From positions 3,356-67,355 of the forward strand of contig DATEBA010000023.1 of assembly GCA_035288045.1 (NCBI GenBank): DNA of 64,000 nucleotides, written 5' to 3'. The notes below the pieces were generated by a model that saw only the letters and a list, made by a program, of their open reading frames with translations, did not search any database and was not told the DNA's origin. Below are positions 39,810-50,323 of the stretch, in pieces. Origin of the DNA: Actinomycetota bacterium (GTDB lineage Bacteria; Actinomycetota; UBA4738; HRBIN12). A program made the translations under genes and the position numbers. Numbering within the stretch: the stretch's first letter is position 1; every line of letters starts with the position of its first letter.

Positions 39810-40577
39810 TTACCGGTACTTCACGATGAGCGCCAGCTCTTCGGGATCCAGGCTCGCGCCCCCGACGAGCGCACCGTCGATGTCGGGGTGCGCCATGAAT
39901 CCTCGGATGTTGCCGGCCTTCACGCTGCCGCCGTACTGGATCCTCGCGGCGTCGGCAATCTCTTTCGACGACAGCTCTTCGATGGTCCCGCGGATCAGCC
40001 CCGCGACCTCCCCCGCGTCGGCCGGCTCGGCGTTCCTTCCGGTGCCGATCGCCCAGATCGGTTCGTAGGCAACCACGATGGACGTCATCTGCTCGGGCGT
40101 GAGCTTCTCGAGTCCGGCGCGGACCTGTCCCGCAACCCTCTCGTGGGTCCGGCCGGAGTCTCTCTCCTCCAGGGTCTCCCCGACGCACAGGATTGGGGTC
40201 ATCCCGTGGGCGAATACCGCGCGCACCTTCCCGTTCACGAAGTCGTCGGTCTCGCCGAACAGCTCCCGCCGTTCCGAGTGGCCGCAGATCACGTAGCGGA
40301 CCTTAAGGGCCTCGAGCATGGCCGGCGAGATCTCCCCCGTGAACGCGCCCTTCTCCTCGGGGTGCACGTTCTGCGCGCCGAGCCCGTAGAGCAGCCGGTC
40401 GGAGTCGATCAGCGTCTGCACGGCGCGGAGCGCCGTGAAAGGTGGACAGATCACGACCTCCACGCGCTCGGCGTCGTCGCGGTCGAGCAGGTACGAGAGC
40501 TTCTGCACCGCCTGGATGGCCTCCAGGTGCGTCTTGTGCATCTTCCAGTTGGCGGCGACGATCGGCCTCCGAGCCAT
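39810..40577 (-). CDS. tpiA: triosephosphate isomerase
   Basis: ORF 255 aa. IVAANWKMHKT, VICGHSERR, AYEPIWAIGTG, GGSVK are canonical TIM motifs. Confidence 0.9.
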   Translation of the reverse strand: MARRPIVAANWKMHKTHLEAIQAVQKLSYLLDRDDAERVEVVICPPFTALRAVQTLIDSDRLLYGLGAQNVHPEEKGAFTGEISPAMLEALKVRYVICGHSERRELFGETDDFVNGKVRAVFAHGMTPILCVGETLEERDSGRTHERVAGQVRAGLEKLTPEQMTSIVVAYEPIWAIGTGRNAEPADAGEVAGLIRGTIEELSSKEIADAARIQYGGSVKAGNIRGFMAHPDIDGALVGGASLDPEELALIVKYR

Positions 40578-41777
40578 CTAGGCCACTTCCAGCGCGGCGA
40601 TCCCGGGGAGCGTCCTGCCCTCCAGGAACTCGAGCGAGGCGCCGCCACCGGTGGACAGGTGGTCGAAGGAGTCCTCGAGACCGAGCCTGCGCACCGCCGC
40701 GAGGCTGTCGCCTCCGCCCACGACGCTGAAGGCTCTCGATCCGGCGATCGCCATGGCCACGCCCCGGGTACCGGCGGAGAAGGGCTCGAGCTCGAACACC
40801 CCCATGGGGCCGTTCCATAGGATCGTTCCGGCGTCGGCGAGCGTCCGGGCGAACTCCTCCACGGTGCGCGGACCGACGTCCAGCGCCATCTCCCCCCTCG
40901 GCACGTCGTGAGCGGGGACCGTCCGCCGCGGCGAGTCGACCGACATCTCCGCAGCCGCGATCGCGTCCTCTGGGAGCTGGATCAGCACGCCGCGCTCGCC
41001 CGCCCTGCGCTGTGCCGCCCTCACGTCGTCGAACCTCTCGGGCTCGCAGAGGGTGGCGCCCACCTCGCCGCCGCCGGCCGCGATGATCGTGAAGGCCATC
41101 GCGCCGCCGATCAGCAACGCGTCGACCCGCTCGACCAGCGACCCGATGGTCGCGAGCTTATCGGAGACCTTGGCTCCGCCGAGGACGGCCATGTACGGCC
41201 TCTCCGGAGCGTCCCGGAGCTTCGACAGCACCTCTACCTCCCGGTGGAGCAGCCTGCCCGCAACAGCCCGCATGTCGTTGCCGCGGAACAGCTCCGGCAG
41301 CGCCGCGACCGAGGCGTGCGCGCGATGAGCCGCACCGAACGCGTCGTTCACGTAAGCGTCCGCGAGCACCGCGAGTCGCCTCGCGAAACCCGGGTCGTTC
41401 GCCTCCTCACCCGGGTCGAATCGGAGGTTCTCGAGGAGGACGACCTCGCCGGGCCCGATGTGCTCGCACACTGCCTCGACCTCGTCGCCTACCGTCTCGT
41501 CGAGCGCCATGACGTCGGCGACAAGCAGCTCCGAGAGCCGATCCGCCACCGGCGCTAGCCGCATCCCTTCCGCGACCCTGCCCCTCGGCCTCCCGAGATG
41601 CGAGGCGAGGATCAGCGAGGCTTCGCGCTCGAGGAGCTCGGTGAGAGTGGGGAGCGTCCGGCGGATGCGAAAGTCATCGGCGACGGCCCCCCCCTCGAGC
41701 GGGACGTTCAGGTCGGCGCGGACGAAGACCCGCTTCCCGGCGACGTCGCCGAGATCGTCGAGCGTGGGCAAGCTCAC
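40578..41777 (-). CDS. pgk: phosphoglycerate kinase
   Basis: GTG start V19 of ORF 40578..41831, in a GTGA overlap with the gap stop. KRVFVRADLNVPL, SHLGRP, LLENLRF, STGGGASLEFLEG. Confidence 0.9.
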   Translation of the reverse strand: MSLPTLDDLGDVAGKRVFVRADLNVPLEGGAVADDFRIRRTLPTLTELLEREASLILASHLGRPRGRVAEGMRLAPVADRLSELLVADVMALDETVGDEVEAVCEHIGPGEVVLLENLRFDPGEEANDPGFARRLAVLADAYVNDAFGAAHRAHASVAALPELFRGNDMRAVAGRLLHREVEVLSKLRDAPERPYMAVLGGAKVSDKLATIGSLVERVDALLIGGAMAFTIIAAGGGEVGATLCEPERFDDVRAAQRRAGERGVLIQLPEDAIAAAEMSVDSPRRTVPAHDVPRGEMALDVGPRTVEEFARTLADAGTILWNGPMGVFELEPFSAGTRGVAMAIAGSRAFSVVGGGDSLAAVRRLGLEDSFDHLSTGGGASLEFLEGRTLPGIAALEVA

Positions 41778-42781
41778 AGCGAGGCGGCGACCATCTCGAC
41801 CAGCTCGACGAGCCGGTTCGAGTATCCCCACTCGTTGTCGTACCAGCCGATCACCTTGACGAGGTTGCCGATGACCATCGTCGACTGGGCGTCGAACGTG
41901 CAGGACGCCGGGCTCCCGACGACGTCGCTCGACACGATAGGGTCCTCCGTGTAGACGAGGCGGCCACGCAGGCGCTCGGTGCCGGCCGCGACCTCGAACG
42001 CCCGGTTTATCTCCTCGGCCGTGACCTCGCGTCCGAGGATCGCGACCAGGTCGGTGACCGAGCCGTCGGGCACCGGGACGCGCATGGCCGTGCCGTCCAT
42101 CTTGCCCTTGAGCTGCGGGAGCGCCAGAGACGTCGCCTTGGCGGCTCCGGTCGAGGAGGGGACGATGTTGATCGCGGCCGCGCGAGCCCGGCGTAGGTCC
42201 TTGTGGGGCAGGTCGAGCAGGTTCTGGTCGTTCGTGTAGGCGTGGATCGTGGTCATCAGCGCGCGGTCGATCCCGAACGAGTCCTCGAGCACCTTCGCCA
42301 GCGGCACGACGCAGTTCGTGGTGCAGGAGGCGTTCGAGATTATGTTGTGGGCTGCGGGATCGTAGCCGTCCTCGTTCACCCCCATCACGATCGTGATGTC
42401 CTCGCCCTTCGCGGGCGCGCTGATGATGACCTTCTCGGCGCCGGCGGCGATGTGCGCCTCGGCCTTCTCCCGATCGGTAAACAGCCCCGTCGACTCCAGG
42501 ATGATCTGGGCGCCGAGCTCCTTCCAGGGGAGATCGGCCGGGTTGCGCTCGGCCAGGACCTTGAACGCCTTGCCGTCGACCGAGATGCCTTCGTCGGTTA
42601 CTCGGATGTCCGCGTCGAGGACACCCAGGACGGAGTCGTACTTCAGCAGGTGGGCGAGGGTCTTCGAATCGGTGATGTCGTTCACCGCGACGAAGTCGAA
42701 GTCGGCGCGGGTCTTCCTAGCGGCCCGGAGGAAGTTGCGTCCGATGCGACCGAAACCGTTGATGCCGATCTTGACGCTCAT
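41774..42781 (-). CDS. gap: glyceraldehyde-3-phosphate dehydrogenase
   Basis: ORF 335 aa. INGFGRIGRNF, ASCTTNC active-site Cys, WYDNEWGYS. Confidence 0.9.
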   Translation of the reverse strand: MSVKIGINGFGRIGRNFLRAARKTRADFDFVAVNDITDSKTLAHLLKYDSVLGVLDADIRVTDEGISVDGKAFKVLAERNPADLPWKELGAQIILESTGLFTDREKAEAHIAAGAEKVIISAPAKGEDITIVMGVNEDGYDPAAHNIISNASCTTNCVVPLAKVLEDSFGIDRALMTTIHAYTNDQNLLDLPHKDLRRARAAAINIVPSSTGAAKATSLALPQLKGKMDGTAMRVPVPDGSVTDLVAILGREVTAEEINRAFEVAAGTERLRGRLVYTEDPIVSSDVVGSPASCTFDAQSTMVIGNLVKVIGWYDNEWGYSNRLVELVEMVAASL

Positions 42782-42845
42782 TTCTCCTCCTAGGGGTGAG
42801 GCCCGGGCGCTCCCATCCTAGCGAGCGCCGCTGCGGGCGTCCGGC

Positions 42846-43769
42846 CTAGCGGTCCAGGTCGCGGTGATCCACGCCGACGGGGTAGCCGCGGTCCTTCAGG
42901 AACCGCGCCAACTCGTCCACGACGACGATAGAGCGATGTCGCCCGCCGGTGCAGCCGACGGCGATCGTGAGGTAGGACTTCCCCTCGGAGACGTACGCCG
43001 GCACGAGCAGCTCCAGCAAGGACTCGAGACGCGACATGAACTCCCAGTACAGATCCTGGCCCGTCACGAACTTCCGCACGCGCTCGTCGCTCCCGGGGAG
43101 CGGCCGTAGGTCCTCGATCCAGTGCGGGTTCGGCAGGAACCGGACGTCCAGCACCAGGTCGGCGTCCCGCGGGGTGCCGAACTTGAACCCGAACGACACG
43201 AGCGAGACCTGGATGCTCTCCTCCGGAGGAGCCTCCGCGAAGGCCTCGCGGATCCGGTCCCTGAGCTCGTGCGGTGTCAGCCCGGACGTGTCCACGATCA
43301 GGTCGGCCTCGCCGCGGAGGCTCTCCATCATCAGCCGCTCGCGGCGGATGCCCTCCACCACGCGGTCGGCGGGGGCGAGCGGGTGCCTGCGACGTGTGGC
43401 CTCGTACCGGTTCACGAGATCGACGTCCGCCGCCTCCAGGTACAGGATCCGGTAGGCGATGTGGAGCTTCTTCAGCTCCTCCAGCGCCTTCGAGAGTTCG
43501 CCGAAGAACACGCCTCCCCTAGCGTCTACCACGATCGCGACGCGGTGCGGACCGCCGGGGCCGGCGGCGAGCTCCGCCATCTTCGACAGCAGCGCCGGCG
43601 GAAGATTGTCGACGACGAAGTAGCCGAGGTCCTCCAGACACCGGGCCGCCTCCGAGCGGCCGGCGCCCGAAAGGCCGGTGATTATCGTGAAGCCCGGACC
43701 TCCGCGGGCGGCGGCCACGACTTCCCTCGTCCTACCCTTCGCCCGGCCCGCGCGCGCCGGCTCCGCCAT
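42846..43769 (-). CDS. rapZ: RNase adapter protein RapZ (P-loop NTPase, YvcJ family)
   Basis: Internal ATG M222 of ORF 42846..44432, in an ATGA overlap with the uvrC stop. GLSGAGRSEA Walker A. C-terminal GCTGGRHRS. Confidence 0.8.
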   Translation of the reverse strand: MAEPARAGRAKGRTREVVAAARGGPGFTIITGLSGAGRSEAARCLEDLGYFVVDNLPPALLSKMAELAAGPGGPHRVAIVVDARGGVFFGELSKALEELKKLHIAYRILYLEAADVDLVNRYEATRRRHPLAPADRVVEGIRRERLMMESLRGEADLIVDTSGLTPHELRDRIREAFAEAPPEESIQVSLVSFGFKFGTPRDADLVLDVRFLPNPHWIEDLRPLPGSDERVRKFVTGQDLYWEFMSRLESLLELLVPAYVSEGKSYLTIAVGCTGGRHRSIVVVDELARFLKDRGYPVGVDHRDLDR

Positions 43770-45697
43770 CAGGCGCTCGCCCTCCCCTCGACACGATGGA
43801 CCCGATCGTAGACGGCGCGGGCGAGCTCGGGGCCGAATCCGGGCGTAGCTTCGATCTCTCCGAGCGAAGCCCGGCGCAGCTCGGCAAGCGACCCGAATCT
43901 CCGCAGGAGAGTCCTCTTCCTCGCCGGACCGACGCCAGGGACGTCGTCCAGCGGGGAGGCCAGCGCGCGGCGAGCCCGCTTCTTCCGGTGGTACGCGATG
44001 GCGAACCGATGAGCCTCGTCGCGGAGGTGCTGGAGGACGAAGAGGGCCTCCGAGCCCCGCGGGATCCGCAGAGGGTCGGGACGGCCGGGGAGATAGACCT
44101 CCTCGAGGCGCTTCGCGAGCCCGACGGCGGGCAGCTCGAGTCCATGCTGCGCCAATGCCCTTGACGCCGCGCCGAGCTGCCCGCGGCCACCGTCCACGAC
44201 GATCAGCGAGGGTGGGTAGGCGAACCGCCGGCGCCCTGGTTCCTCGTCCTCGCCCTCGGCCAGCTTGGCGAACCTTCGCCGGAGCATCTCCCCCATACTG
44301 GCGAAGTCGTCCTGGCCGGGTACGCCCTTGATCTCGAACCGCCGGTAGTCCGAGCGCTTCGGAATCCCGTCCTCGAACACCACCATCGAGCCGACCGTGT
44401 CCGTGGGGCCGAGGTTCGAGACGTCGTAGCACTCGATCCGGAGGGGCGCCTGTGGCAGGCCGAGCTCGTTCGCGAGCTCCGCCAGCGCCCGGGAGCGTGC
44501 GCCGAAGTCGGAGGCGCGGCGGAGCTTGTGCCGCCTGAAGGCCTCCTCGGCGTTCCTGGTCGCGGTTTCGAGCAGGCGTCGCTTGGCGCCCCGCTCAGGA
44601 ACGCCGAGCGATACCTTTCCGCCACGCCGCTCCGAGAGCCACCTCTCGAGCACCGCCCGGTCCTCCGGCATCACCGGTACGAGGAAGCGGGGCGGCACCT
44701 CCGCGTCCTCACGCTCCATCGCGAGCTCGCGGATGAAGGAGGCGAGCAGGGCGGGCGGGTCGAGGTGCTCCACCTCGTCCACGACCCAGCCCTTCTGGCC
44801 CGTCACCCGGCCGCGCCTGACGAAGAAGACCTGGAACGCGGCCTCGAGATCATCCTCGACCAGACCGACGACGTCGAGGTCCTCCGGCTGCGTGAGGACC
44901 ATCTCCTGGCTCTCCATAGCGCGCCGAGCGGCGGTGAGCTGGTCGCGGAGCTTGGCAGCCAGCTCGAACTCGCGGCGCTCGGCGGCCTGCCGCATCTCGT
45001 TTTGAAGCCGCGCGAGGACGGGTCGCTCGTTCCCGGCCAGGAAGTCCTCCAGCGCCGCGACGTGGGCGCGGTAGGAGTCCTCGGTCACGCCTGTCGTCTC
45101 GGGCACGCACGGACCCGCGCACCGGCCGATGTCGTAGTAGAGGCACGGCCGTCGCGCGCGGGCTCGCTGGTCGAAGAACGAGTTGGAGCAGGTGCGGACC
45201 GGGAAGACTCGGGTGAGCGCGTCGAGCGTGTCCCGGATCGCGTACGCGTGCCCGAACGGGCCGAAGTACCGCGCGCCCTTCCTCTTGCGTCCGCGGAGAA
45301 CCTGCGCCCGCGGCCACCGCTCCCCGACCGTGATGGCGAGGTATGGGTAGGACTTGTCGTCCTTGTACCGGATGTTGAAGCGCGGCCGGTGCTCCTTGAT
45401 CAGGTTGTACTCGAGCATCAGGGCGTCGACCTCGCCTGAGGCCACGATCCACTCGACGGACTCGGCGGCGGCGAGCATGGCCTCGGTCCGGGCGTGCTGG
45501 GGTTTGGCCCAGTAGGTCGAGACGCGCTTGCGGAGCGAGCGCGCCTTGCCGACGTAGATCACGCGCCCGTCGCCGTCGCGGAAGAGGTAGGCGCCGGGCT
45601 CGTCGGGGATCGATGATCCTTCAGGCCGCGGAGCGCTCACGCGGCCATTGTAGGAGAGGGCACCCGCCGGGGCGGGGTACCTACTTGGTCTTCGCAA
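43769..45697 (-). CDS. uvrC: excinuclease ABC subunit C
   Basis: ORF 642 aa. GIY-YIG N-terminus (GAYLFRDGDGRVIYVGKARSLRKRV), UvrBC-interaction region, RNaseH-like and C-terminal HhH (GVGPARKRTLLRRFGS). Start may be V20. Confidence 0.9.
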   Translation of the reverse strand: MRRPSRYPAPAGALSYNGRVSAPRPEGSSIPDEPGAYLFRDGDGRVIYVGKARSLRKRVSTYWAKPQHARTEAMLAAAESVEWIVASGEVDALMLEYNLIKEHRPRFNIRYKDDKSYPYLAITVGERWPRAQVLRGRKRKGARYFGPFGHAYAIRDTLDALTRVFPVRTCSNSFFDQRARARRPCLYYDIGRCAGPCVPETTGVTEDSYRAHVAALEDFLAGNERPVLARLQNEMRQAAERREFELAAKLRDQLTAARRAMESQEMVLTQPEDLDVVGLVEDDLEAAFQVFFVRRGRVTGQKGWVVDEVEHLDPPALLASFIRELAMEREDAEVPPRFLVPVMPEDRAVLERWLSERRGGKVSLGVPERGAKRRLLETATRNAEEAFRRHKLRRASDFGARSRALAELANELGLPQAPLRIECYDVSNLGPTDTVGSMVVFEDGIPKRSDYRRFEIKGVPGQDDFASMGEMLRRRFAKLAEGEDEEPGRRRFAYPPSLIVVDGGRGQLGAASRALAQHGLELPAVGLAKRLEEVYLPGRPDPLRIPRGSEALFVLQHLRDEAHRFAIAYHRKKRARRALASPLDDVPGVGPARKRTLLRRFGSLAELRRASLGEIEATPGFGPELARAVYDRVHRVEGRASA

Positions 45698-47369
45698 CGG
45701 CCGAGACGAAGGTGCCGGTCATCGTCGTCGGGTGCACGTCGCAGCGGAAGAAGAAGACCCCCTCGTCAAGGGCCTTTACCTCGTAATCGATCGAGTCGGG
45801 GCCGGCTATCAGCTCACCGACGAAGAGCTTCGCCGCGGCGGGATCGGCCAGCGGATCGGTCTCGTGGATCGCCACGTTGTGCTGGACGCCGGCATCCTGG
45901 TTGTCGAAGCCGATCGTGAGGTCCTCGCCGGCCGGCGCCGCCAGGCAGTCGGTGTCGAAGCCCGACACGGCCGCGCCGGCAGGGGCGACGATCTCGAGCT
46001 CGGTTCCCTCGGGCTCGCACGCCGCCGCCGGAGGCCCCGTCGGCAGCGCCGCGGTCTCGGTCCCCGGCCCGCCCGTCGGGCTCGGCATCGCGAGCGCCAG
46101 GCCCTCCGTGTCGCCCAGGGCTCCGAGCAGCAGGTCGCCGTTCTCTCGGTCGTACCAAGCGAGGTAGACGGTCGAGCCGTCGGGCGCGACGCCCACCGCG
46201 GGCGAGTCGCCGCCCTCGGTCCCCTGGGTCTGGACCGGGGCGAACGACGAACCGCTCCCCGATGCCAGCCCGATCGCTTCCGACGCCCGGTCGTACCAGG
46301 CCACGTACTCCGTTCCCTGATCGTCCACGGTAACGCTCGTCGTAGCCGTACCAGTGCCCTCGCCCTCACCGAGCGTGGCGGCGGTGCCGACGAACCACCC
46401 GCCCCCCGAGGAGGAAGCGACGTGTACCTCGCTCCCCCCGGCCGCGAAGTAGGCGACGTGCGCGTTCCCGTCGCCGTCGACGGCCATCGAGAGCCCGGCG
46501 CCTCCTCCTCCCGTCTCGACCGGCGCGGTGCTCCAGGAGTCCTTGGGGCCGAGCCTGGCGAACATCGGGCTTCCCGCCGCGGTGTCGACGTAGGCGACGA
46601 ACGGCTCGCCGGCCGCGTCGAATCCCACCGCGGTTCGATCGGGCTGAGGGCAGCTCGAGCACCGGGCGATCTCGGCCACGCTGGCGCTCTCCCAGCCCTT
46701 CTCGCCTGGCCTTGCCAGCGTCACCGCCTGGGACTCCCCCTCGTTCAGGGTGTAGGCGACCGCTGGGCTCCCGGACCCATCGACCGCGATCCCCGGCGCG
46801 CCCAGAGGTCCGGCTGTCGTGAGCGGCTCTTGCAGCACAACGACCTGCTCCACGGCGAAGGAGCCGCCCGCGTTCGTCCCGTACCAGAGGCCGGTGTCTG
46901 CAGCCCACGCCACGTGAAGCTTCCCCTGGTCGTCGACCGCGACCGCCGTGCCGTTCACGTTGGTCGGGGTCGCGGTCGCGAGCTCCTCTAGGATCTGTGG
47001 CCCGAAGGCGACCTCCACGTTGGCGATCTCCTCAAGCATCGCGGCGGCGCCGCGGGTCCAGATCCCGCCGGAGATAGTTGCCACGGACACCGCAGGCAGG
47101 GAGGGCGCCCCTATCGGTCGCTGCACCGGGAGCTCTCCGGCCTCGAGCTCCTTCACGAACGAGAACGACACGACGTAAGGGATCCCGTTGGAGTCGATCG
47201 CGATCGACGGGTCGGCGCCCGCATCGTCCAGGAACTCGACTACTAGGGGGACGAACCGACGCCCGTCGCCGAGGTCCACCTCGGAGGCCGTTGGTTGCGC
47301 GCAAGCCGCAGCGATGACGCCTAGCGAGCAGACGAGGACGAGCGCTCTCCTGGACAAGACGGGGCGCAT
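45681..47369 (-). CDS. secreted lipoprotein: repeat-rich (beta-propeller-like) domain fused to C-terminal cupredoxin (type-1 copper) domain
   Basis: Internal M27 start of ORF 45681..47447. MRPVLSRRALVLVCSLGVIAAACA signal plus lipobox. Repeated ...YVAW/HVAY/VAY... blades. C-terminal HNVAIH ... FFFRCDVHPTTMTG gives a His/Cys/His/Met ligand set. Confidence 0.6.
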   Translation of the reverse strand: MRPVLSRRALVLVCSLGVIAAACAQPTASEVDLGDGRRFVPLVVEFLDDAGADPSIAIDSNGIPYVVSFSFVKELEAGELPVQRPIGAPSLPAVSVATISGGIWTRGAAAMLEEIANVEVAFGPQILEELATATPTNVNGTAVAVDDQGKLHVAWAADTGLWYGTNAGGSFAVEQVVVLQEPLTTAGPLGAPGIAVDGSGSPAVAYTLNEGESQAVTLARPGEKGWESASVAEIARCSSCPQPDRTAVGFDAAGEPFVAYVDTAAGSPMFARLGPKDSWSTAPVETGGGGAGLSMAVDGDGNAHVAYFAAGGSEVHVASSSGGGWFVGTAATLGEGEGTGTATTSVTVDDQGTEYVAWYDRASEAIGLASGSGSSFAPVQTQGTEGGDSPAVGVAPDGSTVYLAWYDRENGDLLLGALGDTEGLALAMPSPTGGPGTETAALPTGPPAAACEPEGTELEIVAPAGAAVSGFDTDCLAAPAGEDLTIGFDNQDAGVQHNVAIHETDPLADPAAAKLFVGELIAGPDSIDYEVKALDEGVFFFRCDVHPTTMTGTFVSAVAKTK

Positions 47370-47382
47370 ATTAGCAAGCCTT

Positions 47383-50274
47383 CTAGGCGGGCGAGCCGCC
47401 TCCGCCGCGAGCAGAGACCGCGACGCGGGGCGCCCGCGGTGTCCCAAGGACCTCCGCCAGAAACCGCCCCGTGTGGGACCCCGGGTGCGTGGCCACCTCC
47501 TCCGGCGGACCCGCCACGACGACCTCGCCGCCCGCCGCTCCCCCCTCGGGCCCGAGGTCGACGATCCAGTCCGCCGTCTTCACGACGTCCAGGTTGTGCT
47601 CGATCACGACCACCGTGTTGCCGCTCGAAACCAGGCGCTGAAGGACCGCGAGGAGCTTGCGGATGTCCTCGAAGTGCAGGCCGGTCGTCGGCTCGTCGAG
47701 CGCATAGAGCGTGTTCCCCGTGGCCCGCTTGTGCAGCTCCGAGCCGAGCTTGATGCGCTGCGCCTCGCCGCCGGACAGCGTCGGCGCCGGCTGCCCGAGT
47801 TTGATGTAGCCGAGCCCCACGTCGGATAGCGTCTGAAGGTAGCGAGCCAGGATCGGGATGTTCCGGAAGAACTCAAGCCCCTCGTCCACGCTCATCTCCA
47901 GGACGTCCGCGATCGAGCGGCCCTTGTACCTCACCTCGAGCGTCTCGCGATTGTACCGCCTCCCCTTGCAGACCTCGCAGGTCACGTACACGTCGGGAAG
48001 GAAGTGCATCTCGATCTTGATCTGGCCGTCGCCGGCGCAGTTCTCACACCGCCCCCCGCGAACGTTGAACGAGAACCGCCCGGGCTGGTAGCCGCGCACG
48101 CGCGCCTCCGGCGTCTGCGCGAACAGCTTCCGGACGTGATCGAACATGCCGGTGTAGGTCGCGGGGTTCGACCGCGGCGTTCGTCCTATCGGCGACTGAT
48201 CGATGTCGATCACCTTGTCGATCTGCTCCCAGCCGACGAGGCGCTTGTGCTTGCCGGGCAGCATGCGGGACCGATAGACCTTCTGGTTGAGTGCCCGCAA
48301 CAGAACGTCCTGGACCAGGGTCGACTTCCCAGAGCCCGATACACCGGTCACGCACACGAACAAGCCCAGCGGGATCTGGATCGTCACGTCTTTCAGGTTG
48401 TGCTCGCGGGCGCTCTCGAGTCGAAGCGTGCGTTCCCCGGGGACGCGGCGGACCTCGGGAACCGGGATCGAGCGACGCCCGGATAGATAGGCACCGGTCA
48501 ACGAGCCCTCCTCGTCGAGAAGGCCCTTCAGCGGCCCTGAGTAGACGATCTCCCCCCCGTGCTCTCCGGCGCCGGGGCCGATGTCGACGACGTGATCCGA
48601 CGCCTCGATCGTAGCTTCGTCGTGCTCGACGACGATCAGCGTGTTCCCGAGGTCACGGAGACGCAGCAGGGTGTCGATGAGCCGCCGGTTGTCGCGCTGG
48701 TGCAACCCGATCGATGGCTCGTCGAGGATGTAGAGCACTCCGACTAGGCCGCTGCCTATCTGCGTCGCTAGCCGGATCCGCTGCGCCTCGCCGCCGGCGA
48801 GCGTCGCCGACGCGCGGTCGAGCGAGAGGTAGTCGAGGCCGACGTCGACCAGGAAGCCGAGCCGGGCGCGGATCTCCCTTAGGAGCCGCTCGGCGATCAT
48901 CCGCTCGCGGTCCGAGAGCTCGACCGCGTCGATGAAGTCGAGCGTGTCGCGTATCGACTTCGTGGTGAGCTGCCATATAGTGATCCCGCCGACGGTCACT
49001 GCCAGGCTCTCCGGCCGGAGACGCGCGCCCTTGCAAGAGCGGCAGGGAACCTCCCGCATGAACTGCTCGAGGCGCTCGCGCTGCGTGTCGGAATCGGTCT
49101 CTGCGTGCCGCCGCTCCACGTTCGGGAGCAGGCCTTCGTAGGCGGTCCAGTACGACCGGAGCCGCCCGTATCGGTTCCGATACCTGACGTAGATCTCCTC
49201 GTCGGAGCCGTAGAGGATCACGTCCCGCGCCTTCTTCGCTAGCTTCTTCCACGGCGTGCTCACACCGAACCCATGCGCATCGGCGACGGCCTCGAGCACG
49301 CGGTCCCAGTACTCGAGGCGCGAGCCTCCCCAGGGCGCGAGCGCTCCCTCGGAGATCGAAAGGTCCGGATCCGGCACTACGAGCTCGGCGTCGACCTCGA
49401 GGCGGATGCCGAGCCCGTCGCACGTCTGGCAGGCGCCGTAGGGCGAGTTGAACGAGAAGTTCCGCGGCTGGAGCTCGTCGAAGGAGATGCCGCAATGCGT
49501 GCACGCGAGGTTCTGCGAGAAGCTCTGGACCTCCTCGTGCCCGTCGGTCCGCACCGCGACGGCAGCGATGCCCTCGGCGAGCTGGAGCGCGGTCTCGATC
49601 GAGTCGGCCACCCGCCGGCGGATGTCCGGCTTGGCGACGAGCCGGTCGACGACCACCTCGATCGTGTGCTTGTAGTGGCGTTCCAGGCGGATCGACTCGG
49701 ATAGGTCGCGGACGTCGCCGTCGATCCGGGCGCGGACGAACCCCTTGCGCGCCAGGTCGCCGAGGAGCTTCTCGTACTCGCCCTTGCGACCCCGGACGAC
49801 CGGCGCGAGCACCTGGAACCTCGTGCCCTCCGGCAGCTGGAGCACCTGGTCGACGATCTGCTCCGGGGTCTGCCGGCCGATCGGGCGACCGCACTTCGGA
49901 CAGTGTGGGTGGCCGATCCGCGCGAACAGCACCCGCAGGTAGTCGTAGATCTCGGTGATCGTCCCGACGGTCGACCTTGGGTTCTTGGAGGTCGACTTCT
50001 GGTCGATCGAGATCGCCGGCGATAGCCCCTCGATGAAGTCGACGTCCGGCTTCTCCATCTGCCCGAGGAACTGGCGGGCGTAGGCGGAGAGCGACTCCAC
50101 GTAGCGCCGCTGACCCTCCGCGTAGATCGTGTCGAAGGCGAGCGAGCTCTTGCCCGAGCCGGAGAGGCCCGTGAACACGATCAGCCTGTCCCGGGGAAGC
50201 TCGAGCGTGATGTTCCTCAGGTTGTGCTCACGGGCGCCGTGGATGATTAGCTTCTCGGTGCCCACGGCGGGCAT
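47383..50274 (-). CDS. uvrA: excinuclease ABC subunit A
   Basis: ORF 963 aa. Two ABC modules ([10 protein letters not shown]; [10 protein letters not shown]), zinc fingers, LSGGEAQR signatures. N-terminus matches the GAREHNL pattern. Functional start may be the GTG at codon 4 (50265). Confidence 0.9.
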   Translation of the reverse strand: MPAVGTEKLIIHGAREHNLRNITLELPRDRLIVFTGLSGSGKSSLAFDTIYAEGQRRYVESLSAYARQFLGQMEKPDVDFIEGLSPAISIDQKSTSKNPRSTVGTITEIYDYLRVLFARIGHPHCPKCGRPIGRQTPEQIVDQVLQLPEGTRFQVLAPVVRGRKGEYEKLLGDLARKGFVRARIDGDVRDLSESIRLERHYKHTIEVVVDRLVAKPDIRRRVADSIETALQLAEGIAAVAVRTDGHEEVQSFSQNLACTHCGISFDELQPRNFSFNSPYGACQTCDGLGIRLEVDAELVVPDPDLSISEGALAPWGGSRLEYWDRVLEAVADAHGFGVSTPWKKLAKKARDVILYGSDEEIYVRYRNRYGRLRSYWTAYEGLLPNVERRHAETDSDTQRERLEQFMREVPCRSCKGARLRPESLAVTVGGITIWQLTTKSIRDTLDFIDAVELSDRERMIAERLLREIRARLGFLVDVGLDYLSLDRASATLAGGEAQRIRLATQIGSGLVGVLYILDEPSIGLHQRDNRRLIDTLLRLRDLGNTLIVVEHDEATIEASDHVVDIGPGAGEHGGEIVYSGPLKGLLDEEGSLTGAYLSGRRSIPVPEVRRVPGERTLRLESAREHNLKDVTIQIPLGLFVCVTGVSGSGKSTLVQDVLLRALNQKVYRSRMLPGKHKRLVGWEQIDKVIDIDQSPIGRTPRSNPATYTGMFDHVRKLFAQTPEARVRGYQPGRFSFNVRGGRCENCAGDGQIKIEMHFLPDVYVTCEVCKGRRYNRETLEVRYKGRSIADVLEMSVDEGLEFFRNIPILARYLQTLSDVGLGYIKLGQPAPTLSGGEAQRIKLGSELHKRATGNTLYALDEPTTGLHFEDIRKLLAVLQRLVSSGNTVVVIEHNLDVVKTADWIVDLGPEGGAAGGEVVVAGPPEEVATHPGSHTGRFLAEVLGTPRAPRVAVSARGGGGSPA

Positions 50275-50300
50275 TGTAGTGCGGGTCCCAGACAGGACTT
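50275..50300 (-). promoter_or_regulatory. candidate leaderless promoter of uvrA with RecA-NDp-like (PafBC-type) upstream motif
   Basis: Minus strand: TGTCT-gggacccgcac(11 nt)-TACAAT, with the -10 hexamer ending 7 nt before an in-frame GTG (codon 4 of the uvrA ORF). Same architecture as upstream of uvrB. Confidence 0.35.
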
Positions 50301-50323
50301 CCTCGGGTCGCTACGCTCGCGCC

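Noticed and set aside
42846-44432. Longest-ORF version of rapZ with a 221-aa N-terminal extension
   Set aside because: The extension is Arg/Pro-rich, overlaps the uvrC 3' end in another frame, and the internal ATG forms an ATGA overlap with the uvrC stop just before the RapZ P-loop.
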